A DNA stretch of 64,000 nt. Source: Sphingomonadaceae bacterium PASS1. GTDB taxonomy: Bacteria; Pseudomonadota; Alphaproteobacteria; Sphingomonadales; Sphingomonadaceae. The stretch's first letter is position 1, and every line of letters starts with the position of its first letter. Both the position numbers and the translations under genes were made by a program. The stretch is from positions 3,919 through 67,918 of the forward strand of contig NKIR01000014.1 in NCBI GenBank assembly GCA_002255985.1, in the 5' to 3' direction. The notes beneath the pieces are model-generated. The model saw only the letters and a list, made by a program, of their open reading frames with translations. It was not told the origin of the DNA and searched no databases. Positions 39,874-51,800 of this stretch are shown here, one piece after another.

Positions 39874-39936
39874 TTGATTTCGTTGAAAGCTGCAGCTAAG
39901 GGCGGTGTCATCAAAAACCTCCCGGAGACCAAGCCT

Positions 39937-41331
39937 GTGGCTTTCAACGATTATGTCATTGCCGATATTAATGAGGCCGATTTCGGCCGCAAAGAAATAA
40001 ACATTGCCGAGACCGAAATGCCCGGCCTTATGGCGCTGCGCCAGGAATTCGGCGTATCGCAGCCATTGAAGGGCGCGCGGATTGTCGGTTCGCTGCACAT
40101 GACCATTCAGACTGCGGTTCTGATCGAGACGCTCACGGCGCTTGGCGCAGATGTCCGTTGGGCAACATGCAACATCTTCTCGACGCAAGATCACGCCGCT
40201 GCTGCAATCGCCGCGCAAAATATTCCGGTATTTGCGATTAAGGGTGAAAGCCTTGCCGATTATTGGGACTATGTCGGTCGCATTTTCGATTGGGGTGATG
40301 AAACTACTGCCAACATCATCCTTGATGACGGCGGCGACGCAACGATGTTTGCACTTTGGGGTGCAAAGCTTGAGCGCGGCGAAACCTTTGGCGAACCTGA
40401 AAACGAGGAGGAAGTTGAATTCCAGCGTGCGCTGAAGGCGTTTGTTACCAAGAAGCCAGGTTATCTGACTGAAACTGTAAAGAACCTGAAGGGCGTTTCG
40501 GAAGAAACCACCACCGGTGTGCATCGTCTTTATGAAATCGCGAAGAAGGGCGAACTGCCGTTCCCTGCGATCAACGTAAACGACAGCGTTACCAAGTCGA
40601 AGTTCGACAACCTTTATGGCTGTAAGGAATCGCTTGTAGACGCCATCCGCCGTGCCACCGACGTTATGTTGGCCGGTAAGGTCGCATGTGTTGCTGGCTT
40701 TGGTGATGTCGGCAAGGGCTCGGCCCAGTCGCTTCGCAATGGCGGCGCCCGCGTTATGGTCACGGAAGTCGACCCGATTTGCGCATTGCAGGCTGCAATG
40801 GAAGGTTTTGAGGTCGTCACGATGGAAGAGGCCGTTCAGCGCGCAGATATTTTCTGCACCGCAACGGGCAACGCCGACGTGATTACTGCCGAGCATATGA
40901 TGAACATGAAGCCCATGAGCATCGTCTGTAACATCGGTCACTTTGACAGCGAAATCCAGATTGCCGCTTTGTCCAACTACAACTGGACTGAAGTTAAGGC
41001 TGGCACGGATCTGGTTGAATTTCCGGACGGCAAGCAAATCATCGTTCTTGCAAAGGGCCGCTTGGTTAACCTTGGTTGCGCAACCGGACATCCCAGCTTT
41101 GTGATGTCGGCAAGCTTCACTAATCAGGTGCTCGCGCAAATCGAGCTTTGGACCAACGGTGAAAACTATAAGAACCAAGTCTATGTCCTGCCAAAGCATT
41201 TGGACGAGAAGGTTGCGACGCTTCACCTCGAAAAGCTTGGCGTTAAGCTGACGAAGTTGACCGACAAGCAGGCGGGTTACATCGGCGTGTCGACCGAAGG
41301 ACCGTTCAAGCCAGACCATTATCGTTATTAA
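39937..41331 (+). CDS. ahcY: Adenosylhomocysteinase
   Basis: [41 protein letters not shown]; GTG start after GGAG. Confidence 0.97.
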   Translation: MAFNDYVIADINEADFGRKEINIAETEMPGLMALRQEFGVSQPLKGARIVGSLHMTIQTAVLIETLTALGADVRWATCNIFSTQDHAAAAIAAQNIPVFAIKGESLADYWDYVGRIFDWGDETTANIILDDGGDATMFALWGAKLERGETFGEPENEEEVEFQRALKAFVTKKPGYLTETVKNLKGVSEETTTGVHRLYEIAKKGELPFPAINVNDSVTKSKFDNLYGCKESLVDAIRRATDVMLAGKVACVAGFGDVGKGSAQSLRNGGARVMVTEVDPICALQAAMEGFEVVTMEEAVQRADIFCTATGNADVITAEHMMNMKPMSIVCNIGHFDSEIQIAALSNYNWTEVKAGTDLVEFPDGKQIIVLAKGRLVNLGCATGHPSFVMSASFTNQVLAQIELWTNGENYKNQVYVLPKHLDEKVATLHLEKLGVKLTKLTDKQAGYIGVSTEGPFKPDHYRY

Positions 41332-41354
41332 TTCGTCGTCTTTCGAGACGTAAG

Positions 41355-41388
41355 AAAAGCCCGCTGCGGAAACGTGGCGGGCTTTTTT
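41355..41388 (+). terminator. Intrinsic terminator after ahcY
   Basis: AAAAGCCCGCTGCG-GAAA-CGTGGCGGGC-TTTTTT. Confidence 0.85.
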
Positions 41389-41445
41389 CGTTGCGCGGCG
41401 CAAGCATTTGGGCATTAGCTTGCTCTGGGTAAATTAAAGGGCTTC

Positions 41446-43806
41446 ATGACGATGACAGGCACCGGCCTGCCAATTGCACTGATCGGGTTTTTAATGGCAT
41501 TGTGGCTCGTCGGAGCCATAGTCGCTATCTGGATCGGGCTGTCCTTGCGCAATGAATCGCGCAAAATGTTAAGTCAGACGTCGCGGCTAAAAAGGCTGCT
41601 TGAAACCGCTCCGGCATTTCCAGTCGTGGTGAAGGGCGATGGGCGAATTGAGGCACCAGACCGTTTTTCGAGATTGCTTGGGCTGATGACGCCAGCGACG
41701 ACCCTTTCTGACTTGGGCGGTCATGATGATGCTGGCCTTGCCATAGATGATGTGGCGGCGCTCGAGACAAAAGTGCGCGAGACGCAGCGTACGGGAAAAT
41801 CGTTTGTCCTTCCTTTGGCCATTAAAGGTTCCGAACGTCGTTTGACCGTTGTCGGAAATATAGCGGATGTCGTTGTCTATCCCAATGGGGCAGCGCTTTT
41901 GTGGTTATTCGATTCCACCGATAGCTTGCGGGAGCTTGAGAAGCGCACGCAGGAATCTGAAGAGGCCCGCGCAGCATTTGCTGCATTGGCTGGCCTAATC
42001 GAAGCAGCACCTCTTCCGATGTGGCATCGACGCCCGGACATGCGCCTGCACTTCGTAAACCATGCATATGTTGATGCGGTCGGTGCGACTGATGGGCTTC
42101 AAGTGGTTGAAGAGGGGCTTGAGTTGCTTGAGCCTGAAAAGGGTAAAAGCCCAGCTGACTGGGCAGCTGAAGCTGCATCTGCCGACGCCCAGAGCGAGCG
42201 GATTGTTTCCGCCACCTTGAACGGGGAACGGCGTCAGTTGCGCGTGTTTGATATCCCCTTGGGCCAATCAGGCGTTGCAGGGCTGGCGATTGATGTTCAA
42301 GATTTAATTGATACCAAATCCGAGGTCAGGAAGCTTTCAGAAGCACAGCGCGACCTTTTGAACCTTATGTCTGCCGGTGTCGCCCAGTTTGACGCGCGCC
42401 ATGTGTTGAGCTTCGCAAATTTGCCATTCCAAAGCCTTTTTACTTTCCGTGACCAGTGGCTGTCTGAAAAGCCAGAATTTGCGCGCGTGTTGGACCGCAT
42501 GCGTGAAAATGGGAAGGTGCCCGAGGTCCGCGACTTTCCCGCTTGGCGTAAAGAGCGTGAAGATTGGTTTAGAACCTCCGATCCCACCGAAGAAAATTGG
42601 CTGCTTCCGGACGGAACGCATTTACGCGTGTTGGCGCAGCCAATACCTGACGGCGGCCTGTTGATGATTTTTGAAGACCGCACCGAACAGGCGCAACTGG
42701 CCAGTGCGCGCGATATTCTGCTCCGCGTTCGGACCGCGACCTTTGACAATTTGTTCGAAGCGATTGCGGTATTCTCGGCTGATGGCCGTCTTAGCATCTG
42801 GAATCGCTTGTTTGCGGAAACATGGGAGTTGAACGACGACTTGCTGCTTCAACATCCGCGTTTGGATGAACTGTTGCCCTCGCTCGCCCGGCATTTGCAA
42901 AAGCCATCGCAGATTAGTCTTCTAGGTGAACTGATCCGGACGACGTCGTCAAACCGCGAACAGCGCAAGAGCAAAGCTGTCTTCGCCGACGGACGCATGT
43001 TCCAGATTGCGACGATACCACTACCAGACGGCAACACGCTTTTTACGATGCTGGATATGTCGAACACCCTTAAAGTCGAGCAGGCATTGCGCGACCGCAA
43101 TAGCGCATTGCAAGAGGCTGATGCGATTAAGGGCAAATTCCTTGCAAATATGAGCTACGAATTCCGTACGCCACTTACGTCCATCAGTGGATTTGCAGAC
43201 TTGCTAAAAGCAGGCATCGCAGGCGACCTTAGCGATCAGGCGAAAGATTATGTTGATGCCATTTTGCAATCCGCTGACCGCTTGTCAGACCAGATCAACA
43301 CTGTTCTGGATTACAGCCAGATTGAAGCGGGCGCGTTGCCGCTCGCACTCGAACAAACGGATGTTCCGACATTGGTCGCGCAAATAGCGACAAGCAAAAC
43401 TGCGATGGCAAATGCGGCTCAGGTCGAGCTACAAGTCGACTTGGACAACGGTGCTGGAGAGATGGCGCTTGATCCGAAACGGATTACGCAAGCGGTCGGG
43501 CAGGCTTTAGATAATGCGATCCGGTATAATCAAAGCGGCGGGCAGGTTTTAATGCTTGCACGTTGGCAAGGCGACGTCCTTGAACTCATCGTATCGGACA
43601 ATGGGCCGGGTATGCGCGAGTCAGACGTCCAGCGCATTTCTTCGGATAATGCGGTTCCCAAGAACGCGGATAGCAATGCTTCAATGACGCAGGGTCTAGG
43701 CTTGCCTTTGGCGCGTCAGATTATTGAGTCGCACGGTGGGACGTTCCAGCTGCATTCTGCGCCGGGCGAAGGCACCACAGTTATCATGGCTTTGCCGCGG
43801 CCATGA
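41446..43806 (+). CDS. divL: PAS-domain histidine-kinase-like protein with His-to-Tyr H-box (DivL)
   Basis: N-terminal TM, several PAS domains, H-box FLANMSYEFRTPL with Y at the His position, HATPase_c domain. Confidence 0.82.
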   Translation: MTMTGTGLPIALIGFLMALWLVGAIVAIWIGLSLRNESRKMLSQTSRLKRLLETAPAFPVVVKGDGRIEAPDRFSRLLGLMTPATTLSDLGGHDDAGLAIDDVAALETKVRETQRTGKSFVLPLAIKGSERRLTVVGNIADVVVYPNGAALLWLFDSTDSLRELEKRTQESEEARAAFAALAGLIEAAPLPMWHRRPDMRLHFVNHAYVDAVGATDGLQVVEEGLELLEPEKGKSPADWAAEAASADAQSERIVSATLNGERRQLRVFDIPLGQSGVAGLAIDVQDLIDTKSEVRKLSEAQRDLLNLMSAGVAQFDARHVLSFANLPFQSLFTFRDQWLSEKPEFARVLDRMRENGKVPEVRDFPAWRKEREDWFRTSDPTEENWLLPDGTHLRVLAQPIPDGGLLMIFEDRTEQAQLASARDILLRVRTATFDNLFEAIAVFSADGRLSIWNRLFAETWELNDDLLLQHPRLDELLPSLARHLQKPSQISLLGELIRTTSSNREQRKSKAVFADGRMFQIATIPLPDGNTLFTMLDMSNTLKVEQALRDRNSALQEADAIKGKFLANMSYEFRTPLTSISGFADLLKAGIAGDLSDQAKDYVDAILQSADRLSDQINTVLDYSQIEAGALPLALEQTDVPTLVAQIATSKTAMANAAQVELQVDLDNGAGEMALDPKRITQAVGQALDNAIRYNQSGGQVLMLARWQGDVLELIVSDNGPGMRESDVQRISSDNAVPKNADSNASMTQGLGLPLARQIIESHGGTFQLHSAPGEGTTVIMALPRP

Positions 43807-44234
43807 TCATCGCGACCGATTTGGATATGCGCGAATATGGCCGCGAGTTTGCAAAGACATTGTCGCGATCAGATTGGGTCGCGATAAACGGGCCGCTGGG
43901 CGCTGGAAAGACGGTATTGTGCGCAGGCATATTGGCAGGCCTTGGATTTGACGGCGAAGTGACGAGCCCATCCTATGCCATCGTGCATAGCTACGAACCG
44001 CCAGAGGTTTTGGTTGCCGTTGCCCATGTCGATTTGTATCGCTTGGACAATGTCGACGACTTGGATGAATTAGGGCTCATCGCGGAACGCAGTGATCGCG
44101 TCACGCTGGTGGAGTGGGCTGAACGCTTTGGAGGCGGCTATGTGCGGCCCAGCCATTTAATCGATATCGTACCGCAAGCGGACGGCAGCAGAATTTTGAC
44201 TTTGAAAATGGATCATGATGACACCCGTAACTGA
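43803..44234 (+). CDS. tsaE: tRNA t6A biosynthesis ATPase TsaE
   Basis: GPLGAGKT, VTSPSY, HVDLYRL, LVEWAE. Confidence 0.93.
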   Translation: MIIATDLDMREYGREFAKTLSRSDWVAINGPLGAGKTVLCAGILAGLGFDGEVTSPSYAIVHSYEPPEVLVAVAHVDLYRLDNVDDLDELGLIAERSDRVTLVEWAERFGGGYVRPSHLIDIVPQADGSRILTLKMDHDDTRN

Positions 44235-45210
44235 TATGGTTCCGCCCGCTGGACTGGACGAATTTTTGGCGTGCCATGGCTGGACTGATGCGCAAATAAC
44301 CCCGGTGGCGGGCGATGCGTCTTTCCGCCGCTATTTCCGTGTGAATTCGGCTACGCGGGGCAAGGCTATATTGATGGACGCGCCACCGCCGCATGAGGAC
44401 CCGCAGCCTTTTCTTGATATTGCCCAATATTTGACGGGGCATCAATTTCGTGCGCCAGAGATTTACGGCACTGACTTGACGCGTGGACTGGTGTTGCTTG
44501 AAGATTTTGGCGACCGCAGGATGCGCGAACATCTGGATGATTACCCAGAACATGAGGCCGAAATATACCGCGCCGCTATTGATACGATTGTGCGATTGGC
44601 AGGAACCCCTGCAGCGCATGCGCAACCCTATGACATGGCGAACTATCTGCGCGAAGTGCAGCTGCTCACCGAATGGTATATGCCGGCGATGGGGCTTTCC
44701 TGCGACGCGAACGCATTTGACCAGATGTGGGTTGATGCCCTGGCCCCATTGGCGTCTTACCAAAATGTAACTGTCTTGCGGGATTACCATGCCGAAAACA
44801 TCATGCTGCTTGATGACGGGGAACAAGGCATCATTGATTTTCAAGATGCGCTGGTGGGGCATCCTGCGTATGATTTGGTATCGTTGTTGCAAGACGCGCG
44901 GCGCGATGTCAGCCCAGAGCTTGAGGCAGACATGCTGGCTTATTATCTGACGGCGGCCAATCCAGCACCTGACTTTGATGCGCATTACGCGTTGCTGGGT
45001 GCGCAGCGGAATACCAAGATTATCGGTATATTTACGCGGCTGTGGAAACGGGATGGTAAGGAGAGATATTTGTCCTTCCTTCCACGTATGTGGGGCTTGC
45101 TGGAACGCGATTTGGGGCACCCGGCACTGGCGAACGTCAAGCAATGGTTCGATACCCACATTCCCACTGAAGTCCGCAGCCTTAGCCCATTAGACATTAC
45201 GCATGGTTAA
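44215..45210 (+). CDS. amgK: AmgK-like sugar kinase (APH family)
   Basis: GDASFRRYFR, RDYHAENIM, IDFQDA..G...YDL; lies between tsaE and murU. Confidence 0.85.
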   Translation: MMTPVTDMVPPAGLDEFLACHGWTDAQITPVAGDASFRRYFRVNSATRGKAILMDAPPPHEDPQPFLDIAQYLTGHQFRAPEIYGTDLTRGLVLLEDFGDRRMREHLDDYPEHEAEIYRAAIDTIVRLAGTPAAHAQPYDMANYLREVQLLTEWYMPAMGLSCDANAFDQMWVDALAPLASYQNVTVLRDYHAENIMLLDDGEQGIIDFQDALVGHPAYDLVSLLQDARRDVSPELEADMLAYYLTAANPAPDFDAHYALLGAQRNTKIIGIFTRLWKRDGKERYLSFLPRMWGLLERDLGHPALANVKQWFDTHIPTEVRSLSPLDITHG

Positions 45211-45931
45211 GCATGTGAACACCGCAATGATTATGGCGGCGGGCAAGGGGACGCGGATGATGCCGTTGACCGCCGACCGCCCAAAGCCATTGGTTGAGGT
45301 TGGCGGCGTTGCTTTGCTGGATCATGTATTGGATCATTTGCGTGATGCCGGCGTTGGCAAGATTGTCGTGAACGCACATTATCGCGCCGATCAAGTTGTA
45401 GCGCATCTTGCCGCCCACGCGGGGGATTTTGACGTTTCGATATCCGATGAACGCGAATTGCTGCGCGATACAGGCGGCGGGCTGGTTCAGGCATTGCCGA
45501 TGATTTCGGACGATCCATTCATTTGCGTGAATGCTGACAATTGGTGGACCAACGACGGGCAGAATGCGATTTCGCGCCTGATAGCGCATTGGGATGCTGC
45601 ACGCATGGATGTGCTGATGCTCCTCGTCCCGCTGGCAACAGCATATAACAGCCAAGGCATTGGTGATTTTCACATGGATGCAGATGGCCGGCTGTCACGT
45701 CGCGTGGGTGACGCGCCTGCGCCTTATGTTTGGACAGGCATTCAGCTGCTTTCCAAAAAGCTGATTGTTGACGCACCGTCCGACGTTTTTTCGACCAACG
45801 TCTTTTGGGATCGTGCGATTGCCGAAGGCCGGTGCATGGGGATGGTGCACGAGGGAATGTGGTTTGATGTAGGCTATCCCGCGGCAATTTCCGCTACGGA
45901 ACAACGTTTGGGCCTGCATGGCGCCTGTTAA
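45203..45931 (+). CDS. murU: MurU-like nucleotidyltransferase
   Basis: MAAGKGTRMMPLT..RPKPLV, DTGGG, WFDVG. Confidence 0.85.
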   Translation: MVKHVNTAMIMAAGKGTRMMPLTADRPKPLVEVGGVALLDHVLDHLRDAGVGKIVVNAHYRADQVVAHLAAHAGDFDVSISDERELLRDTGGGLVQALPMISDDPFICVNADNWWTNDGQNAISRLIAHWDAARMDVLMLLVPLATAYNSQGIGDFHMDADGRLSRRVGDAPAPYVWTGIQLLSKKLIVDAPSDVFSTNVFWDRAIAEGRCMGMVHEGMWFDVGYPAAISATEQRLGLHGAC

Positions 45932-48890
45932 CGCCACGGCGCAGCGTGTGCGCGTTTTTAACGTCCCGCTCGGGAACGACTTATGCGACGTAACTGCGCA
46001 GTGGATATTGCAGACATCGGGGCAGGACCCGCTCACGGTTAGCAGCACAATATTGCTGTTACCCAATAACCGCGCCATCAAGGCGATGACAGAGGCGTTC
46101 GTCCGGCAGGCCGCGCCGGGTTTGCTTTTGCCGCGCATGGTGGCGGTGGGCGATATGCAACTCGATGAGGCATTGGAGCCTTTGCTGGATCCCATTGCAT
46201 CGGAAGACACCATTTGGCCCGTCATTGGATCGTTTGACCGGCTGATGCTGCTGGCGCGCTTGGCGCAGGAACACCGGCCGCAGGGCACATTTCTATCCTC
46301 CGCTGAAGCGTTGCGTTTGGCGCGCAAACTGGGCGAGCTCATTGATGAGCTTGAGGTCGATTTGGTCGACTTCGATGCGTTGTCAGACATTGCAATCGAG
46401 GCTGATCTCGCCGGGCATTGGCAACGCGCTTATGGCCAGCTTTTGACGATCTTGCCCGCCTATCGCGCCGAACTTTCTGCGCGAGAATTGATGGGACCTG
46501 CGGAGCGCCGAAACAAGCTTTTGGCCGGCTTGGAGCGCCGTCTGGCCCAAAGCGGTTTGGACATGCCGATCATTGCGGTTGGCATTACGACATCAGCCAA
46601 GGCCGTCGCAAAATTGCTGCGCCGTGTTGCCCTCATTCCAAATGGCCATGTCATCCTGCCCGGTGCGGACCTCGACTTGGCTAAGGACCGCTGGGACAGC
46701 CTGTCTGCCGCGACTGAACCGGATAATGTGCCAGCGCGCCGCCGGAATTTTGAGGTGCATCCCCAATTCCACCTGAAACATTTGCTCGACCTCATGGGGA
46801 TCGACCGAAGCGAAGTCGATATCTTGCCAACTGCTCGCGTCGAACGCGTGGCCGACACCATTTCGGAAATTTTCTGCCTGCCTGAAAATAGCGTGGGTTG
46901 GCAAGAACTGGCACCGTCGCGCAAGGCGCTATCACATACGCAATGGTTTGAGGCTGATGACAGCGCGCAGGAAGCAAAGGCCATTGCTGTGCGCATTCGC
47001 GGCGAGTTGGAACATGCCCAAAAACGGATCGCGCTGATCACGCCTGACCGTGAGCTGGCGGTCCGCGTTGCGGCGCAACTGCGTCGTTGGGACATATATG
47101 TTGACGACAGTGCGGGCATACCGCTTTTGCAAACACCAAATGGTTCGCTGGCGCTCGCGTTGGTTGACGCGATTTCGGGCCGGTTTTCCGGAACGTCGGT
47201 ATTGGCCATTGCCAAACACCCACTGGTGTTTGCAGGTCCCAACAGGCTTGATTGGCTGAATAAGGTTCGGCTGTTAGATCTCGAATTGCGGGGAACCGCC
47301 AACGGTGTTGGGCTGGGTGCCATCACCCGGCGGTTGGAAAATGCCCGCAAAGTGAAGCCAGAGCTCGTTGAATGGTGGCAAGGCTTTGTCCAAATTCTGG
47401 CGCCGCTCGAAAATGTCGATGGGCAACCCTTTAGCTTTATCATCGATGCACTGCGCGATGTTGCGACGAATTTGACCGATGGCGCTGTGTGGCGCGGGGC
47501 AAGTGGTCGCGAACTTGGGCGGATGTGGGAAGAAGTGAGCGGCGGCGACCTGTCGACGCTTGGCCGTATCGATGCCACGGGGTTGGCGGCGACGTTTAAC
47601 GAAATCTTTTCAAGCGCGGTGGTGCGTCCCCCATATGGCGGACATCCGCGTGTGACCATTTACGGTTTATTGGAAGCACGATTGCAGCAGGCGGACCTCA
47701 TCATCTGTTCGGGGTTGAATGAGGGTACATGGCCGCAAATAGCGCAACCGGACCCTTGGCTCGCGCCCGCCATCCGGCGGCATTTGAAACTGCCAACCTT
47801 GGACCGGAATATCGGACTGTCGGCGCATGATCTTGCGACCGCATTGGGCGGTCGCGAAGTGCTGTTAACGCGTGCGCGGCGTGACCGTGGCGGGCCAACG
47901 GTTGCCTCACGCTTTTTGCTGCGGATAAAGGCGCTGACGGCGGACAAGCTGGAACGGGACCAACAGTCGCTTGCGTTGGCAGCGCAGCTGGATGAACCTG
48001 CTGATAAAGTGCCCTTTGAAAGCCGCCCATTGCCGCGCCCTTCGGCGCCGCAGCGATTGGTTAGCCTGTCTGTTACGGATTTTGACCAGCTGAAGTCGGA
48101 CCCTTATTCATTTTATGCAAAACGTATTCTCGGGCTCCGTGTGCTGGAAAAGGTCGATGCCGAACCGAGCTTTGCGTGGCGCGGATCGTTGGTGCATGAC
48201 CTGTTGGAACAGTGGTTCAAACAAGACAATTGTGCCGTCGATAAGCTCGTGCAGCGTGTGGATGACTTGCTGGCACAAGAGGCAACGGATCCGTTGTTAC
48301 GTGCATTGTGGCAGCCGCGCATTGCCGCTGGCCTGCGCTGGGTGGCGGAAGAAACCAAAAAGCAGATGCATGACCATGGCCGCGTCGTTGCCGTGGCCGA
48401 ACAACCCGGCAAGGTCGACATCATGGGCATAACCGTGAACGGCCGCGTTGACCGGATTGATAGACTTGCGGACGGAAGTCTGGTGATCGTTGACTACAAA
48501 ACCGGCATGCCACCATCGACCAAGCAAGTGAATGCGGGCTTTGCCCTTCAGCTTGGCCTCATCGGCTATATGGCCGAGCAGATGGCGATCAAAGGTGTGG
48601 CCGGCCAAGCGACCAAATTTGAATATTGGAGCTTGGCGAAAAACAAAGACAAGTTTGGACATATCGCAGTCCCGACGAGTACGCGGACCAACGATAACAA
48701 GCCTCTAAGCACCGAGTTTGTGGCCTTTGCCGTCGCGCAAGCCGAAGAGGCTATCGCGCAATGGATTTTGGGCGACGCACCCTTCACTGCAAAGCTGCAT
48801 CCCGAATTTGCGCATTATGGCGACTATGATCAATTGATGCGGTTGCAGGAATGGAACGGCCGGCAGTCAATTTCGGAGGAGCAGGCATGA
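45918..48890 (+). CDS. addB: Double-strand break repair protein AddB
   Basis: LLEARLQ, DPY.FYA..IL, PD-(D/E)XK GRVDRID..IVDYKTG; directly upstream of addA. Confidence 0.93.
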   Translation: MAPVNATAQRVRVFNVPLGNDLCDVTAQWILQTSGQDPLTVSSTILLLPNNRAIKAMTEAFVRQAAPGLLLPRMVAVGDMQLDEALEPLLDPIASEDTIWPVIGSFDRLMLLARLAQEHRPQGTFLSSAEALRLARKLGELIDELEVDLVDFDALSDIAIEADLAGHWQRAYGQLLTILPAYRAELSARELMGPAERRNKLLAGLERRLAQSGLDMPIIAVGITTSAKAVAKLLRRVALIPNGHVILPGADLDLAKDRWDSLSAATEPDNVPARRRNFEVHPQFHLKHLLDLMGIDRSEVDILPTARVERVADTISEIFCLPENSVGWQELAPSRKALSHTQWFEADDSAQEAKAIAVRIRGELEHAQKRIALITPDRELAVRVAAQLRRWDIYVDDSAGIPLLQTPNGSLALALVDAISGRFSGTSVLAIAKHPLVFAGPNRLDWLNKVRLLDLELRGTANGVGLGAITRRLENARKVKPELVEWWQGFVQILAPLENVDGQPFSFIIDALRDVATNLTDGAVWRGASGRELGRMWEEVSGGDLSTLGRIDATGLAATFNEIFSSAVVRPPYGGHPRVTIYGLLEARLQQADLIICSGLNEGTWPQIAQPDPWLAPAIRRHLKLPTLDRNIGLSAHDLATALGGREVLLTRARRDRGGPTVASRFLLRIKALTADKLERDQQSLALAAQLDEPADKVPFESRPLPRPSAPQRLVSLSVTDFDQLKSDPYSFYAKRILGLRVLEKVDAEPSFAWRGSLVHDLLEQWFKQDNCAVDKLVQRVDDLLAQEATDPLLRALWQPRIAAGLRWVAEETKKQMHDHGRVVAVAEQPGKVDIMGITVNGRVDRIDRLADGSLVIVDYKTGMPPSTKQVNAGFALQLGLIGYMAEQMAIKGVAGQATKFEYWSLAKNKDKFGHIAVPTSTRTNDNKPLSTEFVAFAVAQAEEAIAQWILGDAPFTAKLHPEFAHYGDYDQLMRLQEWNGRQSISEEQA

Positions 48891-51800
48891 CCTCTGAATC
48901 ATCGACGCCGAAACCACTCATTCCGGCGCAACGCAGCGCCGTCATCCCCGGCGATAATATTTGGCTTAGCGCCTCTGCAGGAACCGGCAAAACGCAGGTT
49001 TTAACGGCGCGTGTGATCCGGTTGCTGTTGGAAAGCGATGTCGAACCTGAAAATCTGTTGTGCATCACCTTTACCAAGGCTGGCGCGTCCGAAATGGCGG
49101 ACCGGATAAACCAGCTTTTGGCGTCTTGGGTGCAGCGCGAAGATGGGGCGCTGTTTCATGACCTTGAAGCCATTGGCGCACATGCGGGACCCGAGGCACG
49201 GAAACGCGCACGTCAGCTTTTTGCAAAGGTGTTGGACGCGCCCGGCGGTGGCTTACAAATACTGACCATCCATAGCTTCTGTCAGTCGTTGCTTGGTAGC
49301 TTCCCCGAAGAAGCCGGATTGGTTCCGGGATTCAAACCGATTGAAGGACGCGAGCAGCAAGAATTATTGCGCGAAGCATTGGTCAACTTGGTGCTTGAAG
49401 TCGAAGCGCGCGGCGATACTAAAATGGTTAAAGACCTGCAGGAACTTTCCCTGAATATGGGTGAGGACGCTGCACTGCGGTTCCTGCACAGGGCGGCGGC
49501 ATCGCCGGATGTCATGACCATGATCCCCAATGACGCCGGCGCGGTGGTCTGGGCACGGCGACTGGCAGGCGTTCATTTCGATGGCCCTGTTGAGGATATG
49601 CTGGAAGACGCCTTTGCCGATGCGCGCATTCCACGTGCGACATTGCAGGCGGTCATTGATGCCAACCTTTTGTGGGGCAAGAACAAGGCAGATAGTCGCG
49701 GCGGCAAACGTGCGGCAGTCCTTCAGGATTGGCTATCGCGATCACCAACTGAACGCGCGGCGCTCTTGACCGATCTGCATCGCTGTTGGTCAACAGCCAA
49801 GGGTGATCCGCAGATTTCGACGAGCGGACATACGCCGACGACGGAGGTCTATGCCGAACACGCGCTGAAAATGTTCAACTGGACAGAGCAGTTACTTGGC
49901 GAAGTAACGCGTGCGCAATATGCGGACAGGCTGGCGCGCGCATTGTGCATCGGCAAGGAATTTGCGGCGCAATATAGCCGCGCCAAACATGCCATCGGCG
50001 CAGTTGATTTTGACGATATGATCCGGCGCACCGCCGAACTTTTGCAACATGGCCAAATGGCGCAATGGGTGCGGTTTAAACTCGACAGGCAGATCGACCA
50101 TATCTTGGTGGATGAGGCGCAGGACACCAACAAAGCGCAATGGGATATCATCAGCGCACTGAGCGACGATTTTTACAGCGGCATGGGTGCCAACCCCGAA
50201 AAGAGCCGGACGCTGTTTTCCGTCGGCGATTTCAAACAGGCGATATACGGATTTCAGGGGACCGCGCCTGAACGATATGAGGAAGCGGGTCGCTATTTTG
50301 CCAAACGCATTGATGCCGCCGGAAGCGAACTGAAACGGCTGACTTTATCGCGCAGTTTCCGTTCGACCGCGCCTATACTCGATTTTGTAAACGCGGTGAT
50401 CGATGGGTCTGGGCCTGCCGATTTTGGCATCAACGATATCATTGACCCGCATTATAGCGAAAAACCGCAGTTTGGCCTGGTTGAGCTTTTGCAGCCCATA
50501 TCCGCAAAGCCGAACGCAACGGACGATAGCGATACGTCGGATGAGGAAGAAAACTGGTTCAGTGACGAAAAGCGCGCACTGGCCGAACGATTGGCCGATC
50601 ATGCAAAAGCGCTCATTGACGAGAGGCCTTGGCTGGAGAGCCAGGGGCGTCATTTGGAACCGGGTGACATCCTGTTCCTGCTGCGCAGCCGCGGTGATAT
50701 GGCGTCGCTGCTGGTTGCGCAATTGCACGAACGCAATGTCGCGGTCGCAGGCATCGACAGGCTGAAGCTTTTGCAGCCATTGGTGGTGCAAGACCTTCTG
50801 GCGGCAATCAAATTTGTGCTTCAACCGAATGACGACCTGAGCCTTGCGTGCTTGCTCGTGTCCCCGATAATCGGGTGGACGCAGGAGCAGTTGCTGGCGC
50901 ACGGCTATGTCGGCGATCGCGAAGGCAGCCTGTGGCAGCATATCCGCGGGAAGCCAGAACTTGCGGATGATCTTGCGCCATTTCGCGATATGCTGGCCGC
51001 GGCTGATTTCACGACCGTATATCATTTCCTTGAACAGATTTTGTCCGGACCAATTGGCGCTCGGCGCAAATTCACCGCGCGTCTGGGACGCGAGGTTTTG
51101 GTTCCTATCGAGGAAATGCTGAATTCGGCACTTCAGTTTGAACAACAGCATGGCGGCGGCCTGCAAAAGTTCATGGCTTGGTTCGACCGCGGCGAAATTG
51201 AAATCAAGCGTGAAAGTGACAACAGTACCAAGGAAGTCCGCGTCATGACCGTACATGGAGCCAAGGGCTTGCAAGCGCCCGTGGTCATTTTGGCGGACAT
51301 CACGTCTGATCCCACCAAAAAGCCCGATCAGTCGGTTGAGCTGTTGATGGATGAGGGGCAACGCACGCCCTTGCTGCCCATTCGCAAAAGCGAGCAGTCA
51401 GGGCGTTTGCAAGACATCGTCGATATGCAGAAGACCCGCGAACTGCAGGAACATAAGCGGCTATTATATGTGGCCATCACGCGCGCGGAAGAGCGGCTGA
51501 TTATGGCGGGGTCGTTGGGCATTAGCCGCAAGGGCGAACCACCTGCCGAAAGCTGGTGCGCCGCCATTGAAAAAGGCATGACGGCGCTTGGCTGCATTTG
51601 GGAAGAGGATCCGCGCTGGGGCAGGGTGATGCGCCATGTGGGCGCGGAAGGCGCGTCGATGGTCGCGCCGGTAACTTCTGCGAAAAAGCAATCGCTGGCA
51701 GTGGCTCGGCCAGCCAGCCCCGAATGGCTATTCGCGCCTGCGCCGATCGAGCAGCGCCCACCGCGTCCTTTGGTGCCATCGCGGCTTGACGATGACGATT

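Noticed and set aside
39841-39936. SAH or SAM-SAH riboswitch upstream of ahcY
   Set aside because: No recognisable riboswitch core; a DNA palindrome explains the region better
39868-41415. 515-aa minus-strand ORF opposite ahcY
   Set aside because: Antisense shadow of a strongly codon-biased gene; no recognisable motifs
44101-51361. Long antisense ORFs (44101-45159, 46460-47659, 50345-51361)
   Set aside because: They lie opposite amgK, addB and addA and have no domain signatures; expected in GC-rich coding DNA
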